From Patescibacteria group bacterium (lineage in GTDB: Bacteria > Patescibacteriota > Patescibacteriia > UBA10025 > JAHIVO01), in the NCBI GenBank assembly GCA_043808365.1, contig JAZDEZ010000021.1:403-64402 (forward strand): a DNA stretch of 64,000 nucleotides, given 5' to 3'. The notes under the pieces were generated by a model. The model ran no database searches, had not been told where the DNA came from, and saw only the letters and a program-made list of their open reading frames with translations. Made by a program: the position numbers and the translations under genes. Of the stretch, positions 44,002-53,457 are shown in pieces; position 1 is the stretch's first letter; each line of letters begins with the position of its first letter.

Positions 44002-45147
44002 ATGGAACGCTCACCAATCCAACAGGCTATTGACCAAATTGAAAAAAGCGGCAACATTGTCATTGCGTTGCCGTGCCACCCCTCAACCGACGCTATTGCC
44101 TCCAGCCTGGGATTGTTTTTGGTTTTGGAAAAGATTGGCAAAAAAGTGAAAGTGGTGTGCAATGAATTCGATTTGCCCGTATCGCACCAGTTCCTGCCGA
44201 AAAGCAACGAGATCAATTCTGACCTGACGGCACTGCGGAAATTCATCATTTCTTTGGATCTCTCGCGGACAAAAGTCCAGGAGCTTTCATATGACATCAG
44301 CGACAAGAAACGGCTGAATATTTTCATCACGCCGAAGGATGGTTTTTTTGAAGCGCGGGACGTTTCCACGTCAGCTTCATCCTATGAATATGACCTGATT
44401 ATCGTCATTGACGCGCCTGAACTCGAGGCGCTCGGGAAAATCTACGACGACAACACGGAATTCTTTTATCATACCCCAATAATCAATATCGATCATTCCG
44501 CGGTCAATGAGTATTTCGGCCAGATCAATATCGTTGATTTGGTGGCAACGTCAACTTCTGAGATAGTCTACGAGATGGCCAAGGGGTTCAAAGAAAATGT
44601 ATTGGATGAGTATATCGCTACCAGCCTCCTGACCGGCATCATTTCAAAAACAAAGAGCTTCCAAAGCGCCAGCGTCACCCCGAAGTCATTGGCTATCAGC
44701 AGTTTGCTGATTGAAAATGGAGCCAGACGGGATGACATCATCAAGCATCTGTACCGGACTAAATCCATCAATACGTTGAAATTATGGGGCCGCGCGTTAG
44801 CCCGCCTGAAAACAGAATCGGGCGGCCGCATCGTCTGGTCGCTCCTCAATCAGCAGGATTTCGTGAAATCCGGCGCCGGCGAAACGGAACTGGAAGGCGT
44901 CGTGGACGAGCTGATGGTCAATACGCCGAATGCGGAAATAATCAGCCTGCTGTTTGAGAGCAATGACCGCACCATCAAGGCAATCGTCACCACGGGGCGT
45001 TCAATTGACGCGCTTAACATTTTCCGCGAATACAAGCCTACCGGTACGCGGAATTTCATCCGATTTACCCTGACCGCCCCCGATATCCTGGCCGCCGAAA
45101 AAGCCGTGGTAGAGATGAGTAAAAAATATCTCACAAACGCCGTCTAA
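44002..45147 (+). CDS. DHH/DHHA1-family phosphoesterase-like protein (NrnA-like) with altered catalytic motifs
   Basis: NrnA-like architecture. Motif I reads CHPSTDAIAS instead of HxxPDGDxxGS, and the DHH motif reads DHS (NIDHSAVN). Confidence 0.6.
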   Translation: MERSPIQQAIDQIEKSGNIVIALPCHPSTDAIASSLGLFLVLEKIGKKVKVVCNEFDLPVSHQFLPKSNEINSDLTALRKFIISLDLSRTKVQELSYDISDKKRLNIFITPKDGFFEARDVSTSASSYEYDLIIVIDAPELEALGKIYDDNTEFFYHTPIINIDHSAVNEYFGQINIVDLVATSTSEIVYEMAKGFKENVLDEYIATSLLTGIISKTKSFQSASVTPKSLAISSLLIENGARRDDIIKHLYRTKSINTLKLWGRALARLKTESGGRIVWSLLNQQDFVKSGAGETELEGVVDELMVNTPNAEIISLLFESNDRTIKAIVTTGRSIDALNIFREYKPTGTRNFIRFTLTAPDILAAEKAVVEMSKKYLTNAV

Positions 45148-45216
45148 GTAGCGGGGCATTATGCGCTTTAGGCTTGCATGTCTAGGGCGTTTTTTATTTA
45201 CTCGGGCCATTATTAC

Positions 45217-45225
45217 TGTTATAAT
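45217..45225 (+). promoter_or_regulatory. Extended -10 TGTTATAAT 9 nt upstream of the pilB-type ATG (leaderless-type start)
   Basis: ctgTTATAATcagcatagtATG. No Shine-Dalgarno sequence. Confidence 0.5.
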
Positions 45226-45234
45226 CAGCATAGT

Positions 45235-47016
45235 ATGAATGACGATATTACCAGCCAAAACGAAAAAAGCATCGACGACCTGATCGGCGCGGTGCGGGCT
45301 AACCAAAGCGGCAAGATACGCGTGAGTACCGATGAAGTCGAAGAAAAGCTGAAGAGCAAGATACGCGAGATCGCCACAAGGAAAAAGGAAGCAGACACGA
45401 GAGAGCGGGCCAGCTCAAGCGGCGCCGGTTATATTTTTCTCAAGGGTTTTCCGGTCAGTTCGGACGCCTTATCGTTGTTGCCGGAAGAAGAGGCGCGGCG
45501 CTTGAAGGCGGTCTGTTTTTTTAAGACAGATACGGAAATCCGCATCGGTGCGATTGCACCGGAGGATCCGGAAGTTCTGGCATTAGTGGAGCGTTTGTCG
45601 TCAGAGAGCCGGGCCCGCGGCGGCATCTACCAGATTTCCCGGGAAAGTTTTGACGCGGTCATGAAGCTGTATGAGACGTTGCCACGGCCGCGGAAATTCG
45701 TGGCAGGCATTGAATTAAAGGCGGAGGATTTGGAAAAATTTTCCGGCCAATTGAAATCATTCCGAGATTTGGCAGAAAAAATCCAACACGTTTCCATCAC
45801 AGACGTATTTACCATCATCATGGCCGGCGGCATCCAGGCCCGCGCTTCGGATGTCCACATTGAGGCCCAGCAGGAAGACATCAAGATACGCTATCGGATA
45901 GACGGCGCCCTGTATGACGTGGCGGCATTGCCGAAAAAGATGTGGCCGCAGGTCATTAACCGCGCCAAGCTGATCGCCAAACTAAAGATCAATGTCGTAG
46001 ATGAGCCCCAGGATGGCCGTTTTACGATTTATCTGGGGAAAGATTTTATTGATGTCCGCGTGTCCACTGTGCCGAGCGCTTTTGGCGAAAGCATTGTCAT
46101 GCGTCTGCTCATGTCTTCCGCGACAAGCTTAACCCTGGACGATCTTGGCCTGGTCGGCGTGGCCTATGACATCATGAAAAAAGAAATCGACCGGCCAAAT
46201 GGCATGATCCTGACCACCGGCCCGACCGGTTCCGGCAAAACGACAACGCTCTATGCCATCTTGAAGAAGCTGAATACAAGCGAGTCGAAAATAATTACTT
46301 TAGAAAATCCGATTGAGTACCGGATCAAGGGGATTACCCAAAGCCAGGTGCAATCTAGCGAACAATCGGAAGGAGATCAAAAAACCGGAAGCGTAAAAAA
46401 ACATTATACGTATGCCAGCGGATTGCGCGCCGTCCTGCGGCAGGACCCGGATATCGTCATGGTCGGCGAGATTCGCGACCATGAGACCGCGGAAATCGCC
46501 ATCCAGGCCGCGCTGACCGGCCATCTGATGCTCTCCACATTGCATACGAACAGCGCGGCCGGCGCAGTCCCCCGTTTGATGTCCATGGAAGTGAAGCCGT
46601 TCCTTTTAGCGCCGTCATTGAATGTCCTCATCGGCCAGCGCCTGACGCGGAAAGTCTGCCCGGATTGCAAGGAGGAATATACCCCTGACGCTGAAACATT
46701 GGCGCATGTCCAGGAGGTGCTGAAGTCTGTCCCGGACGATAAGAAACAGAATGTTGACATTAACGATCTGCATTTTTATCACGGCAAAGGCTGCGAAAAA
46801 TGCAGCGACATCGGGTTCAAAGGCCGGATCGGCATTTTCGAGATCGTGACCATGAACCAGGATATCGAGAAGCTCATCCTGACCGGCCAGGTGTCAGAAT
46901 ACCAGATCAAGGATATCGCTAAGAAGCACGGCATGCTGACCATGGTCCAGGACGGCATACTGAAGAGCTTGACCGGCATCACCACGCCGGAGGAAGTATT
47001 CAAAGTAACTGAATAA
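45235..47016 (+). CDS. Type II/IV secretion / type IV pilus assembly ATPase (GspE/PilB family)
   Basis: [13 protein letters not shown] (Walker A), [12 protein letters not shown] (Walker B), the Asp and His boxes, and tetracysteine CPDC..CEKC. The ATG at 45235 is preferred to the ATG at 45178 because of the promoter position. Confidence 0.85.
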   Translation: MNDDITSQNEKSIDDLIGAVRANQSGKIRVSTDEVEEKLKSKIREIATRKKEADTRERASSSGAGYIFLKGFPVSSDALSLLPEEEARRLKAVCFFKTDTEIRIGAIAPEDPEVLALVERLSSESRARGGIYQISRESFDAVMKLYETLPRPRKFVAGIELKAEDLEKFSGQLKSFRDLAEKIQHVSITDVFTIIMAGGIQARASDVHIEAQQEDIKIRYRIDGALYDVAALPKKMWPQVINRAKLIAKLKINVVDEPQDGRFTIYLGKDFIDVRVSTVPSAFGESIVMRLLMSSATSLTLDDLGLVGVAYDIMKKEIDRPNGMILTTGPTGSGKTTTLYAILKKLNTSESKIITLENPIEYRIKGITQSQVQSSEQSEGDQKTGSVKKHYTYASGLRAVLRQDPDIVMVGEIRDHETAEIAIQAALTGHLMLSTLHTNSAAGAVPRLMSMEVKPFLLAPSLNVLIGQRLTRKVCPDCKEEYTPDAETLAHVQEVLKSVPDDKKQNVDINDLHFYHGKGCEKCSDIGFKGRIGIFEIVTMNQDIEKLILTGQVSEYQIKDIAKKHGMLTMVQDGILKSLTGITTPEEVFKVTE

Positions 47017-47041
47017 TTTTTACAGGGGGGAGTTTTGGGAT

Positions 47042-47779
47042 ATGGAAAAAGCGGAAATTTCTGCGCGATATGTGCATACCATTGAAAAAGAGCTTGGCGA
47101 GTCCGGACGGGAAGAGCTCGTACGGCGGGTTTTGGCGTTTGCCGAACGTCAGTTTGAAATAAAAAAAAATCTTGGCCGGGGCAAAGCCGCAGACGTATGG
47201 CAGGGAGACTCTCCGGATTTCAAACGGTGCGTTTGCATAAAAACAAATTACAATCCCGGGGCCTCAGTGAATACTTTGGAAAAGGAATTTCATCTCCAAG
47301 AGAAATTTCTAGCGGCGGGCGTGCGGGCGCCGCAAGCGATTATGTTTGCACAGGGTGATAACGAGGCAAACTCGGTCCAGCACGGCATTTTGGTGATGGA
47401 AGCCCTGAGCGGCCAGAATGTTGAGGAATATTTCATGAGTCTCAAAAAAGACGGTCAACAGCTGGGCTTCGAACAGTACCGCCAGCTCGTCGACGGCATC
47501 AAAGAACAGATCGAGATAGCGCACCAGCACCAGCTCTACCACCGTGATTTGCATCTGCGAAACATTATGATTGGCCGAGATGGAAAGTCTTATTTGATAG
47601 ATTTTGGGGATGCGGTTGAGGCGCTCGGGACTGAAGACGAGGGGGAAATCTACCGCCAAAAAGTAACCAGAGATGGGAGTGAAGCCGTGGTCGTATTCAA
47701 TCGGGATGAAAATGTAATTGCCAGCTTAGCCAAGACCGCCGCAGAACTTGATCTTATTTCCAAGCCCATTCGGGCTTGA
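47042..47779 (+). CDS. Minimal protein-kinase-like protein (ePK/RIO-size)
   Basis: LGRGKAADVW (G-loop), CIK (Lys), YHRDLHLRNIMI (catalytic loop) and IDFGDA (DFG). At 245 aa it has no evident substrate-binding lobe extension. Confidence 0.7.
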   Translation: MEKAEISARYVHTIEKELGESGREELVRRVLAFAERQFEIKKNLGRGKAADVWQGDSPDFKRCVCIKTNYNPGASVNTLEKEFHLQEKFLAAGVRAPQAIMFAQGDNEANSVQHGILVMEALSGQNVEEYFMSLKKDGQQLGFEQYRQLVDGIKEQIEIAHQHQLYHRDLHLRNIMIGRDGKSYLIDFGDAVEALGTEDEGEIYRQKVTRDGSEAVVVFNRDENVIASLAKTAAELDLISKPIRA

Positions 47780-47803
47780 CAATCGCATCCGCCTATGTTA
47801 ATG
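47775..47803 (+). promoter_or_regulatory. Sigma70-type promoter TTGACA-N17-TAATGT
   Basis: gcTTGACAatcgcatccgcctatgtTAATGTg overlaps the kinase gene's stop. Confidence 0.6.
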
Positions 47804-47868
47804 TGTGCCAACGATATACATAATAGATTTCCGTTCTTTCATTGTCCCATAGGAAGGAGGATGCTTGT

Positions 47869-48141
47869 ATGGCAGTAATTATCTCCTCAGTGGAAGCTGT
47901 ACGCATTGCCACCCGGGCACTCGAAGTCAACGAGGTTATAAAGCGGACTGATACGTTCACGCTTTATCGATTGCCGCTCGCCGCTGGCCGTCCACTGAGC
48001 AATTACGTGCTCATGCTGTTCAACCCCGGAAGTGATTTGCCAGCGGGAAAGATTCCTGCCGGACTCATTATCCCGGTAGACATCAATGGCAGCAACGGCT
48101 ATCTCGTGGAGGAGAGCGTCGCTCAGCAATTCCAGGCCTAA
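47869..48141 (+). CDS. Hypothetical protein (90 aa)
   Basis: AGGAAGGAGG lies 8 nt upstream of the ATG at 47869. A terminator follows. No recognisable motif. Confidence 0.55.
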   Translation: MAVIISSVEAVRIATRALEVNEVIKRTDTFTLYRLPLAAGRPLSNYVLMLFNPGSDLPAGKIPAGLIIPVDINGSNGYLVEESVAQQFQA

Positions 48142-48146
48142 AGCCG

Positions 48147-48183
48147 CCCCGGATCAATGGATTGGTTCGGGGGTCTTTTTTTA
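48147..48183 (+). terminator. Rho-independent terminator overlapping the valS 3' end
   Basis: Stem CCCCGGA / UUCGGGG followed by TCTTTTTTT. Confidence 0.6.
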
Positions 48184-51120
48184 GATGATTTTTTTCAGCT
48201 TGGCCTGCGCTTCAGCCAGTTTCTGCCGTTCCTTTTCCACCACTTCTTTCGGCGCGCGCTCGGTGAAATTCTTATTGGACAGCTTTTCCCCCAGCTTTTG
48301 GATATAGGCAGAGATTTCAGTAACATCACGTTGTTGTTTGGCGGTGTCGACCTTAGCTTCGATAAAAAAGTCCAAGCCCGGCAGGGAGCCAGTCGGTTTG
48401 GCGATTGTTTGCCGTTCAAGTCTGGATAAACGCGCCAGTGTTTTAATTATTTCCAGATTTTCAGTAATCAGTTTTATCTGCTCGCCCGCAATTGTAATGT
48501 TTAAAAATTCAGTTGGCGGGATTGCGTGATTTGACCGGAAATTACGGATTGCGGCGATAAATTGCTGTAATAATTCAAATTTTTTTTCAGCCGGATTGTT
48601 TATGACTTTTTTATCTGCAATCGGCCAGGGCTGGATAATCAGCATGTTATTCTTGCCGGCCGGAGCCAGTTGCGACCATATTTCTTCCGTCACGAATGGG
48701 ATAAACGGATGCGCCAGCTTGAGCCAGACGGATAAAACATAACGTAGCACGGCTTGGTTCTTTTCCCGCTTGGAAATTTCCAGGTACCAGTCGGCAAAGT
48801 CGTGCCAGAGAAAGTCGTATAAGGCGGAACCTGCTTCGGAGAATTTAAAGTCCTCAATGTTTTTTGTAACGGACGCAATGAGCTGGTTCAGCCGGCCGAT
48901 GATCCATTTGTCAGCCAGAGTTTTTATTTCAAGTTTTCCTTTTGAAACTGGTTGGGATAGAGTGAAGCGGGCCACGTTCCACAGCTTGTTGATGAAGTTG
49001 CGGTAGCCGGCGATTTTTTCTTCGTACAGGCGATAGTCCAATCCGGCCGAAGTGCCCAGCACTACCGAAAGCCGTATAGCGTCAGTACCGTACTTCTCCG
49101 TCATGGGGATAGGGTCTATCCCTGTGCCTTTTGACTTGGACATCTTTTTGCCGTCCTTATCCAGCACCAAACCATGGATATATACAGTTCTGAACGGCAC
49201 CTGCTTCATGAATTTCAGCGAGAACATGATCATGCGCGCTACCCAGAAGAAGAGGATGTCCCAGCTGGTTTCCATGACTGACGTCGGGTGGAACAGTTTG
49301 AGGTCCTTGGTTTTTTTCGGCCAGCCAAGCGTCGAGAATGTCCAAAGTCCGGAGGAGAACCAGGTGTCTAAGGTATCTTCTTCCTGCCGTAAGAATGCGG
49401 AACGATGGCAGATTGGACAGCGCTTCGGCTGTTCTGATGAGGCCAGTACGGTACCGCAACCCTCTTTTGTATTGAGCGGTGTAAAGGAGTACGTATAGAT
49501 CCACGCAGGCGTACTATTGGTTATCCGTTTATGAGGGTGGTGCTTGTGGAAGCGGGCAACCAATTCTTCGCGCCGGACATAGGTGGCAAAGTGCGCCTTG
49601 TCTTCAAGCGGCAGCGTACCGACCGTGACGCGCTGAATGCCGGTGATCGTGCCGATACCAAAAAGTTCGTCCGTGGCGCTATTCTCGAAGGCGATACGAT
49701 CCCCCAGCGAAAGATGGTGGTCGCGTAAGCGATAGGTGACGGTTTTCCCTTTGAAAACCTGAGGGACGACCGCTTCGGCAAATCCCATTTTTTCTTTAGG
49801 GGCATCAATTTGTTGTCCACAATACCAGATCGGGATCTGATGGCCCCACCACAGCTGGCGGGAAATGCACCAGTCGTGGATGTTATTCATCCAATGAAAA
49901 TAGACTTTGGCAAAGCGTTTGGGGATAATAGTAACCTTGCCTGATTTCATGGCGGCAATGGCCGGTTTGGCCAGCGGCGCAATTTTCAGGAACCATTGTT
50001 TGGAAATCAGCGGCTCGATCGGCGTACTGCAACGGTCGCACCGCGCTTGCTGGTGGACGTAGTCAATGGTTTTTTCGATCAACTCTTCATTTTCCAGCCG
50101 GATAAAAATATCGTGGCGCGCGTCCTGCACGCTTTTGCCGTAATACTCGCCCGCCGCTTTCGTCATTTTGTTGCCCTGCCCGATAACATTGATAACCGGT
50201 AAATGGTGAGTCAGCCCAATGTCATAGTCAGCGGCGTCATGGGCCGGCGTGACTTTTACCGCGCCAGTGCCGAAGGCCATATCCACGCGCGAGTCAGCCA
50301 CAATCGGAATGGCCCTGTTCATGATCGGCAGGATGATTTTCTGGCCGATGTATTGGGTGTAGCGTTTGTCTTTCGGATTGACGGCCACGGCCGTATCACC
50401 GAGCATGGTTTCCGGCCGGGTGGTGGCCACGACAATGTATTTGGTAGTGCCGGCCAGCGGGTAGCGGATGAACCAGAGTTTGCTCGCGGTTTCCACGTGC
50501 TTCACTTCCAGGTCAGACAGCGCGGTGGCACAGCGCGGGCACCAGTTGACGATGCGCGTGCCGCGGTAAATCAGCCCCTCATTGAATAACGCAATGAAAG
50601 CCTTGTGCACGGCGGCGGTGAGCGCCGGATCCATGGTGAAATGTTCGCGCGACCAGTCGCATGACGCCCCAAGCTGGCGGACCTGCGTGGTAATTCGCGA
50701 ACCGTATTTCTTTTTCCATTGCCAGACGCGTTTCAGAAATTCCGCCCGGCCGAGGCTGTGGCGGTCCACCCCCTCGGAAGCGATTAAACGTTCGACCATC
50801 ACTTGAGTAGATATGCCGGCATGGTCTGTTCCGGGCAGATAAAGTGCCCGATCCCCCTTCATGCGGTGGTAGCGGGTCATGATGTCTTGGATGGTCAAGC
50901 CCGTGGCGTGTCCGAGATGCAGTTCGCCCGTTACGTTCGGCGGCGGCATGGAAATGGTAAATGACGTTTTTCGTTTACCTGGGAGTCCCGCCTGCTTCGC
51001 CTTGCGGCCACGCACGGCGGGCAGGTTGTCAGGATTAAAAAAGCCCGACCGCTCCCATTTTTGGTAAATGGCCGATTCAATGTCTTTCGGTTGGTAGGTT
51101 TTATCTAATGTTTTAGGCAT
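48181..51120 (-). CDS. valS: Valine--tRNA ligase with a ~110-aa insertion (ASCH/PUA-like by pattern)
   Basis: PPPNVTGELHLGHA (HIGH), KMSKSKGT, the editing domain TTRPETMLGDTAVAV, and a C-terminal coiled coil. An extra segment lies between IPIWY and EDTLDTWFSS. Confidence 0.95.
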   Translation of the reverse strand: MPKTLDKTYQPKDIESAIYQKWERSGFFNPDNLPAVRGRKAKQAGLPGKRKTSFTISMPPPNVTGELHLGHATGLTIQDIMTRYHRMKGDRALYLPGTDHAGISTQVMVERLIASEGVDRHSLGRAEFLKRVWQWKKKYGSRITTQVRQLGASCDWSREHFTMDPALTAAVHKAFIALFNEGLIYRGTRIVNWCPRCATALSDLEVKHVETASKLWFIRYPLAGTTKYIVVATTRPETMLGDTAVAVNPKDKRYTQYIGQKIILPIMNRAIPIVADSRVDMAFGTGAVKVTPAHDAADYDIGLTHHLPVINVIGQGNKMTKAAGEYYGKSVQDARHDIFIRLENEELIEKTIDYVHQQARCDRCSTPIEPLISKQWFLKIAPLAKPAIAAMKSGKVTIIPKRFAKVYFHWMNNIHDWCISRQLWWGHQIPIWYCGQQIDAPKEKMGFAEAVVPQVFKGKTVTYRLRDHHLSLGDRIAFENSATDELFGIGTITGIQRVTVGTLPLEDKAHFATYVRREELVARFHKHHPHKRITNSTPAWIYTYSFTPLNTKEGCGTVLASSEQPKRCPICHRSAFLRQEEDTLDTWFSSGLWTFSTLGWPKKTKDLKLFHPTSVMETSWDILFFWVARMIMFSLKFMKQVPFRTVYIHGLVLDKDGKKMSKSKGTGIDPIPMTEKYGTDAIRLSVVLGTSAGLDYRLYEEKIAGYRNFINKLWNVARFTLSQPVSKGKLEIKTLADKWIIGRLNQLIASVTKNIEDFKFSEAGSALYDFLWHDFADWYLEISKREKNQAVLRYVLSVWLKLAHPFIPFVTEEIWSQLAPAGKNNMLIIQPWPIADKKVINNPAEKKFELLQQFIAAIRNFRSNHAIPPTEFLNITIAGEQIKLITENLEIIKTLARLSRLERQTIAKPTGSLPGLDFFIEAKVDTAKQQRDVTEISAYIQKLGEKLSNKNFTERAPKEVVEKERQKLAEAQAKLKKII

Positions 51121-51139
51121 GATTTAGGGTGATTTGTTG

Positions 51140-51290
51140 AATTTCTAGTGACGAATTCTTAATTTCTAATCCCCGAACAGTTGCTCGTTACCCTCGCAAC
51201 TTACGGGGCAGGCAAATCCCAATGCATTAATGACCAATTGGGCATTCGGACATTAGACATTGGTTAGAAATTCGACATTAGAAATTAGTA
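51140..51290. repeat. Imperfect ~23-bp inverted repeat enclosing a ~100-bp hairpin-rich core, upstream of valS
   Basis: The left arm AATTTCTAGTGACGAATTCTTAATTTCTAA pairs with the right arm TTAGAAATTCGACATTAGAAATT. The 8-9-mer TTAGAAAT(T)/(A)ATTTCTAA occurs three times (51161, 51264, 51278), plus a one-mismatch fourth copy at 51140 (AATTTCTAG). The core has the nested stems CCCCG..GTTGC..GCAAC..CGGGG and CCCAAT..ATTGGG. Confidence 0.8.
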
Positions 51291-51399
51291 ATTTATGAGC
51301 CGCTATATTGTTGACAGTATTACCCTTTGGGTAATATAGTACGCTAATACAGTTCTATTGTAGCATTTGTCCCTTGATAGTCCAGACAGGAGGTTTCCT

Positions 51400-51783
51400 A
51401 TGTATAAGTTCGTGTATTGGGTGCGGAGGAATTTAATCGTGGCGCTGCTGCTTTTCATCGCTTTCGCGTGGTCGCTGCGTGACACCGTGGCTATCCTTCC
51501 CCCGACCGTGTGGCGTTTTTTAGTGATCGGCGCGGTCGCCATTGTAATGCTCGTTTTGGCGGGCTGGTTTGCGGCCGTGTACTTACGGCAGATCCGGACA
51601 GAGCGGCGCGGTCGCCACCTGAGCGGGAGGATGGCGGGCCGGAACGAGTGTTCATATGAGTGCCCCGCGTGTGGCGGTGAGTGGCGGGAAGATAAGCTGC
51701 CGAAAGACTGTCTCTGCCCCCTGGACCATATTCCTTTGCACAGCCGCGATCCGGTGGAGGATCGCAATTGCGAACGCCTCTAA
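51400..51783 (+). CDS. Membrane-anchored zinc-ribbon protein (127 aa)
   Basis: GGAGG lies 7 nt upstream of the ATG at 51400. Two TM segments are followed by CPACGGEW..CLCPLDH (a four-ligand Cys/His pattern). Confidence 0.55.
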   Translation: MYKFVYWVRRNLIVALLLFIAFAWSLRDTVAILPPTVWRFLVIGAVAIVMLVLAGWFAAVYLRQIRTERRGRHLSGRMAGRNECSYECPACGGEWREDKLPKDCLCPLDHIPLHSRDPVEDRNCERL

Positions 51784-51793
51784 ATTCAAGATT

Positions 51794-51823
51794 ACCCCGC
51801 TTTTAAGAAGTGGGGTATTTTTT
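51794..51823 (+). terminator. Rho-independent terminator
   Basis: Stem ACCCCGC / GUGGGGU followed by ATTTTTT. Confidence 0.7.
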
Positions 51824-51856
51824 AGTTTAATCCCCAGTTCAGGTTCGAGTGTTTAT

Positions 51857-51896
51857 TAAAAATAAAAATCCCCGTCCTATTTTAATAGAAACGGGG
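51857..51896 (-). terminator. Rho-independent terminator of the small membrane protein gene
   Basis: Stem CCCCGT / ACGGGG with a minus-strand T-run (plus-strand aaaataaaaat). Confidence 0.65.
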
Positions 51897-51921
51897 ACAA
51901 TTGATTAGCTCAGGGAAAGAG

Positions 51922-52110
51922 TCAGACCAGATGGCTAACTAAGCTGGCTATGTAGCAGAGAACGAGTATGATGACAGAGCTGAAAACGGCCAGTAATCCA
52001 TTAGTTGCGTTGCGAGAATCAATATCACCTAAAAACACCAACATTATTCCAATAATAAAACATATTACGGCAAATATTGGCACAATCCACAGAAAAATAA
52101 CTTCCAGCAT
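51922..52110 (-). CDS. Small membrane protein (62 aa, 2 TM)
   Basis: AGGAGG lies 5 nt upstream of the ATG on the minus strand. Two hydrophobic helices. The gene has its own terminator. Confidence 0.6.
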   Translation of the reverse strand: MLEVIFLWIVPIFAVICFIIGIMLVFLGDIDSRNATNGLLAVFSSVIILVLCYIASLVSHLV

Positions 52111-52326
52111 GTTTACCTCCTATAAAAGAGCAAGAATTAATTCAATCTGTGTATTAAAGACTAAGTAGAACAGTTTGTCAAGGCAACGGGGTAATGCCCG
52201 AATTCTAAACATATCGAAATTAACCTTCTCCAAAAAAGCCAAAATACGTCCTCAGAGGTAGAAATTTTAAGAATAAAGCAATTGGGCCTCCTAACGCCGT
52301 CATTTCGAGGAACCCACCTTTTGTAT

Positions 52327-53346
52327 TTACCTCACCAGTTCCCAGTTCGGATCCGGCTCCAGTGTATGGAAGTCATCGAAATCCTTTTTCCTGGCGCGGA
52401 AATAGCCGGCCGCGGCGATCATGCTGGCATTATCCGTACAAAGTGACAGCGGCGGTGTGAAAAAATTAACTCGTTTCAATTCACGTACTTTTTTTTCCAA
52501 TGTCTGCCGTAATGGTTGGTTAGCGGCCACGCCGCCGGCCAACAGCACTGTTTTCACTTTGAGTTCTTTGGCCGCCCGGATGGTTTTACCGACCAGCACG
52601 TCCACTATTGCCTGCTGAAAACTGGCGCAGAGGTCGGCCTTGGCATTCCTGATGACCTCTGGATGTTTTTTTACGAAGTACAGGACGGACGTCTTCAGCC
52701 CGGAAAAGCTGAAGTTGTAATTTGCGCTGTTCAGCATCGGCCGGGGGAAATCAAAAGCCGCCGGGTTGCCTTGTTCAGCCAGTTTTTGTATCTTTGGTCC
52801 ACCAGGATATTGGATATTCAATAACTTCGCCACTTTATCAAACGCCTCGCCGGCCGCGTCATCCAGAGTATTCCCGATCAGATGGTAGTCGCCGTGTTTT
52901 TTCATCAGGATAAGCTCGGTATGCCCGCCTGAAACTACCAAGCATAAAGCCGGCAGTTTGATCGTTTTTTTAATAAACCAATTAGCCAGGATGTGCCCTT
53001 CGATATGGTTCACGCCGAGCAAGGGTTTTTTCCAGGCGTAAGACAAGGTCTTCGCCGCCTGAGTTCCTACCCTTAATGCGGTAATTAGGCCAGGACCTGA
53101 CGTTACGGCAATTGCGTCAAGTTTTTCCGGTTTAATTCTAGATTGAAGCAGGGCGGCATTCAGCGTCGGGATCATGGCGATCATGTGTTCGCGCGCGGCC
53201 ACTTCCGGCACCACGCCGCCGTATTTCAGGTGCGTCTTGACCTGCGAGGCGACGACATGTGATAGCGCTTTGACGCGTTCACCCTTGCCTTCGACTACGC
53301 TGACCGCGGTTTCGTCGCAGGATGTCTCAATCCCTAATATAATCAT
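52327..53346 (-). CDS. tsaD: tRNA N6-adenosine threonylcarbamoyltransferase TsaD
   Basis: ILGIETSCDETAVSVV, VNHIEGHI, and the GGVAAN pattern. Confidence 0.95.
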   Translation of the reverse strand: MIILGIETSCDETAVSVVEGKGERVKALSHVVASQVKTHLKYGGVVPEVAAREHMIAMIPTLNAALLQSRIKPEKLDAIAVTSGPGLITALRVGTQAAKTLSYAWKKPLLGVNHIEGHILANWFIKKTIKLPALCLVVSGGHTELILMKKHGDYHLIGNTLDDAAGEAFDKVAKLLNIQYPGGPKIQKLAEQGNPAAFDFPRPMLNSANYNFSFSGLKTSVLYFVKKHPEVIRNAKADLCASFQQAIVDVLVGKTIRAAKELKVKTVLLAGGVAANQPLRQTLEKKVRELKRVNFFTPPLSLCTDNASMIAAAGYFRARKKDFDDFHTLEPDPNWELVR

Positions 53347-53457
53347 TTAATATTATATAAGTTGGTTTGTGCATTTGCGCTTTCGGTTTTCCCGCCGCAT
53401 GGCGGGGCGATGCCTAAGATGATCATATTGAAGGATGTTAGAATAGTTATGAATATT

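Noticed and set aside
51121-51300. T-box riboswitch upstream of valS
   Set aside because: I could not find the conserved T-box sequence (AAnnGGGUGGUACCGCG-like), a specifier-loop/K-turn arrangement, or a terminator with a T-run on the minus-strand leader.
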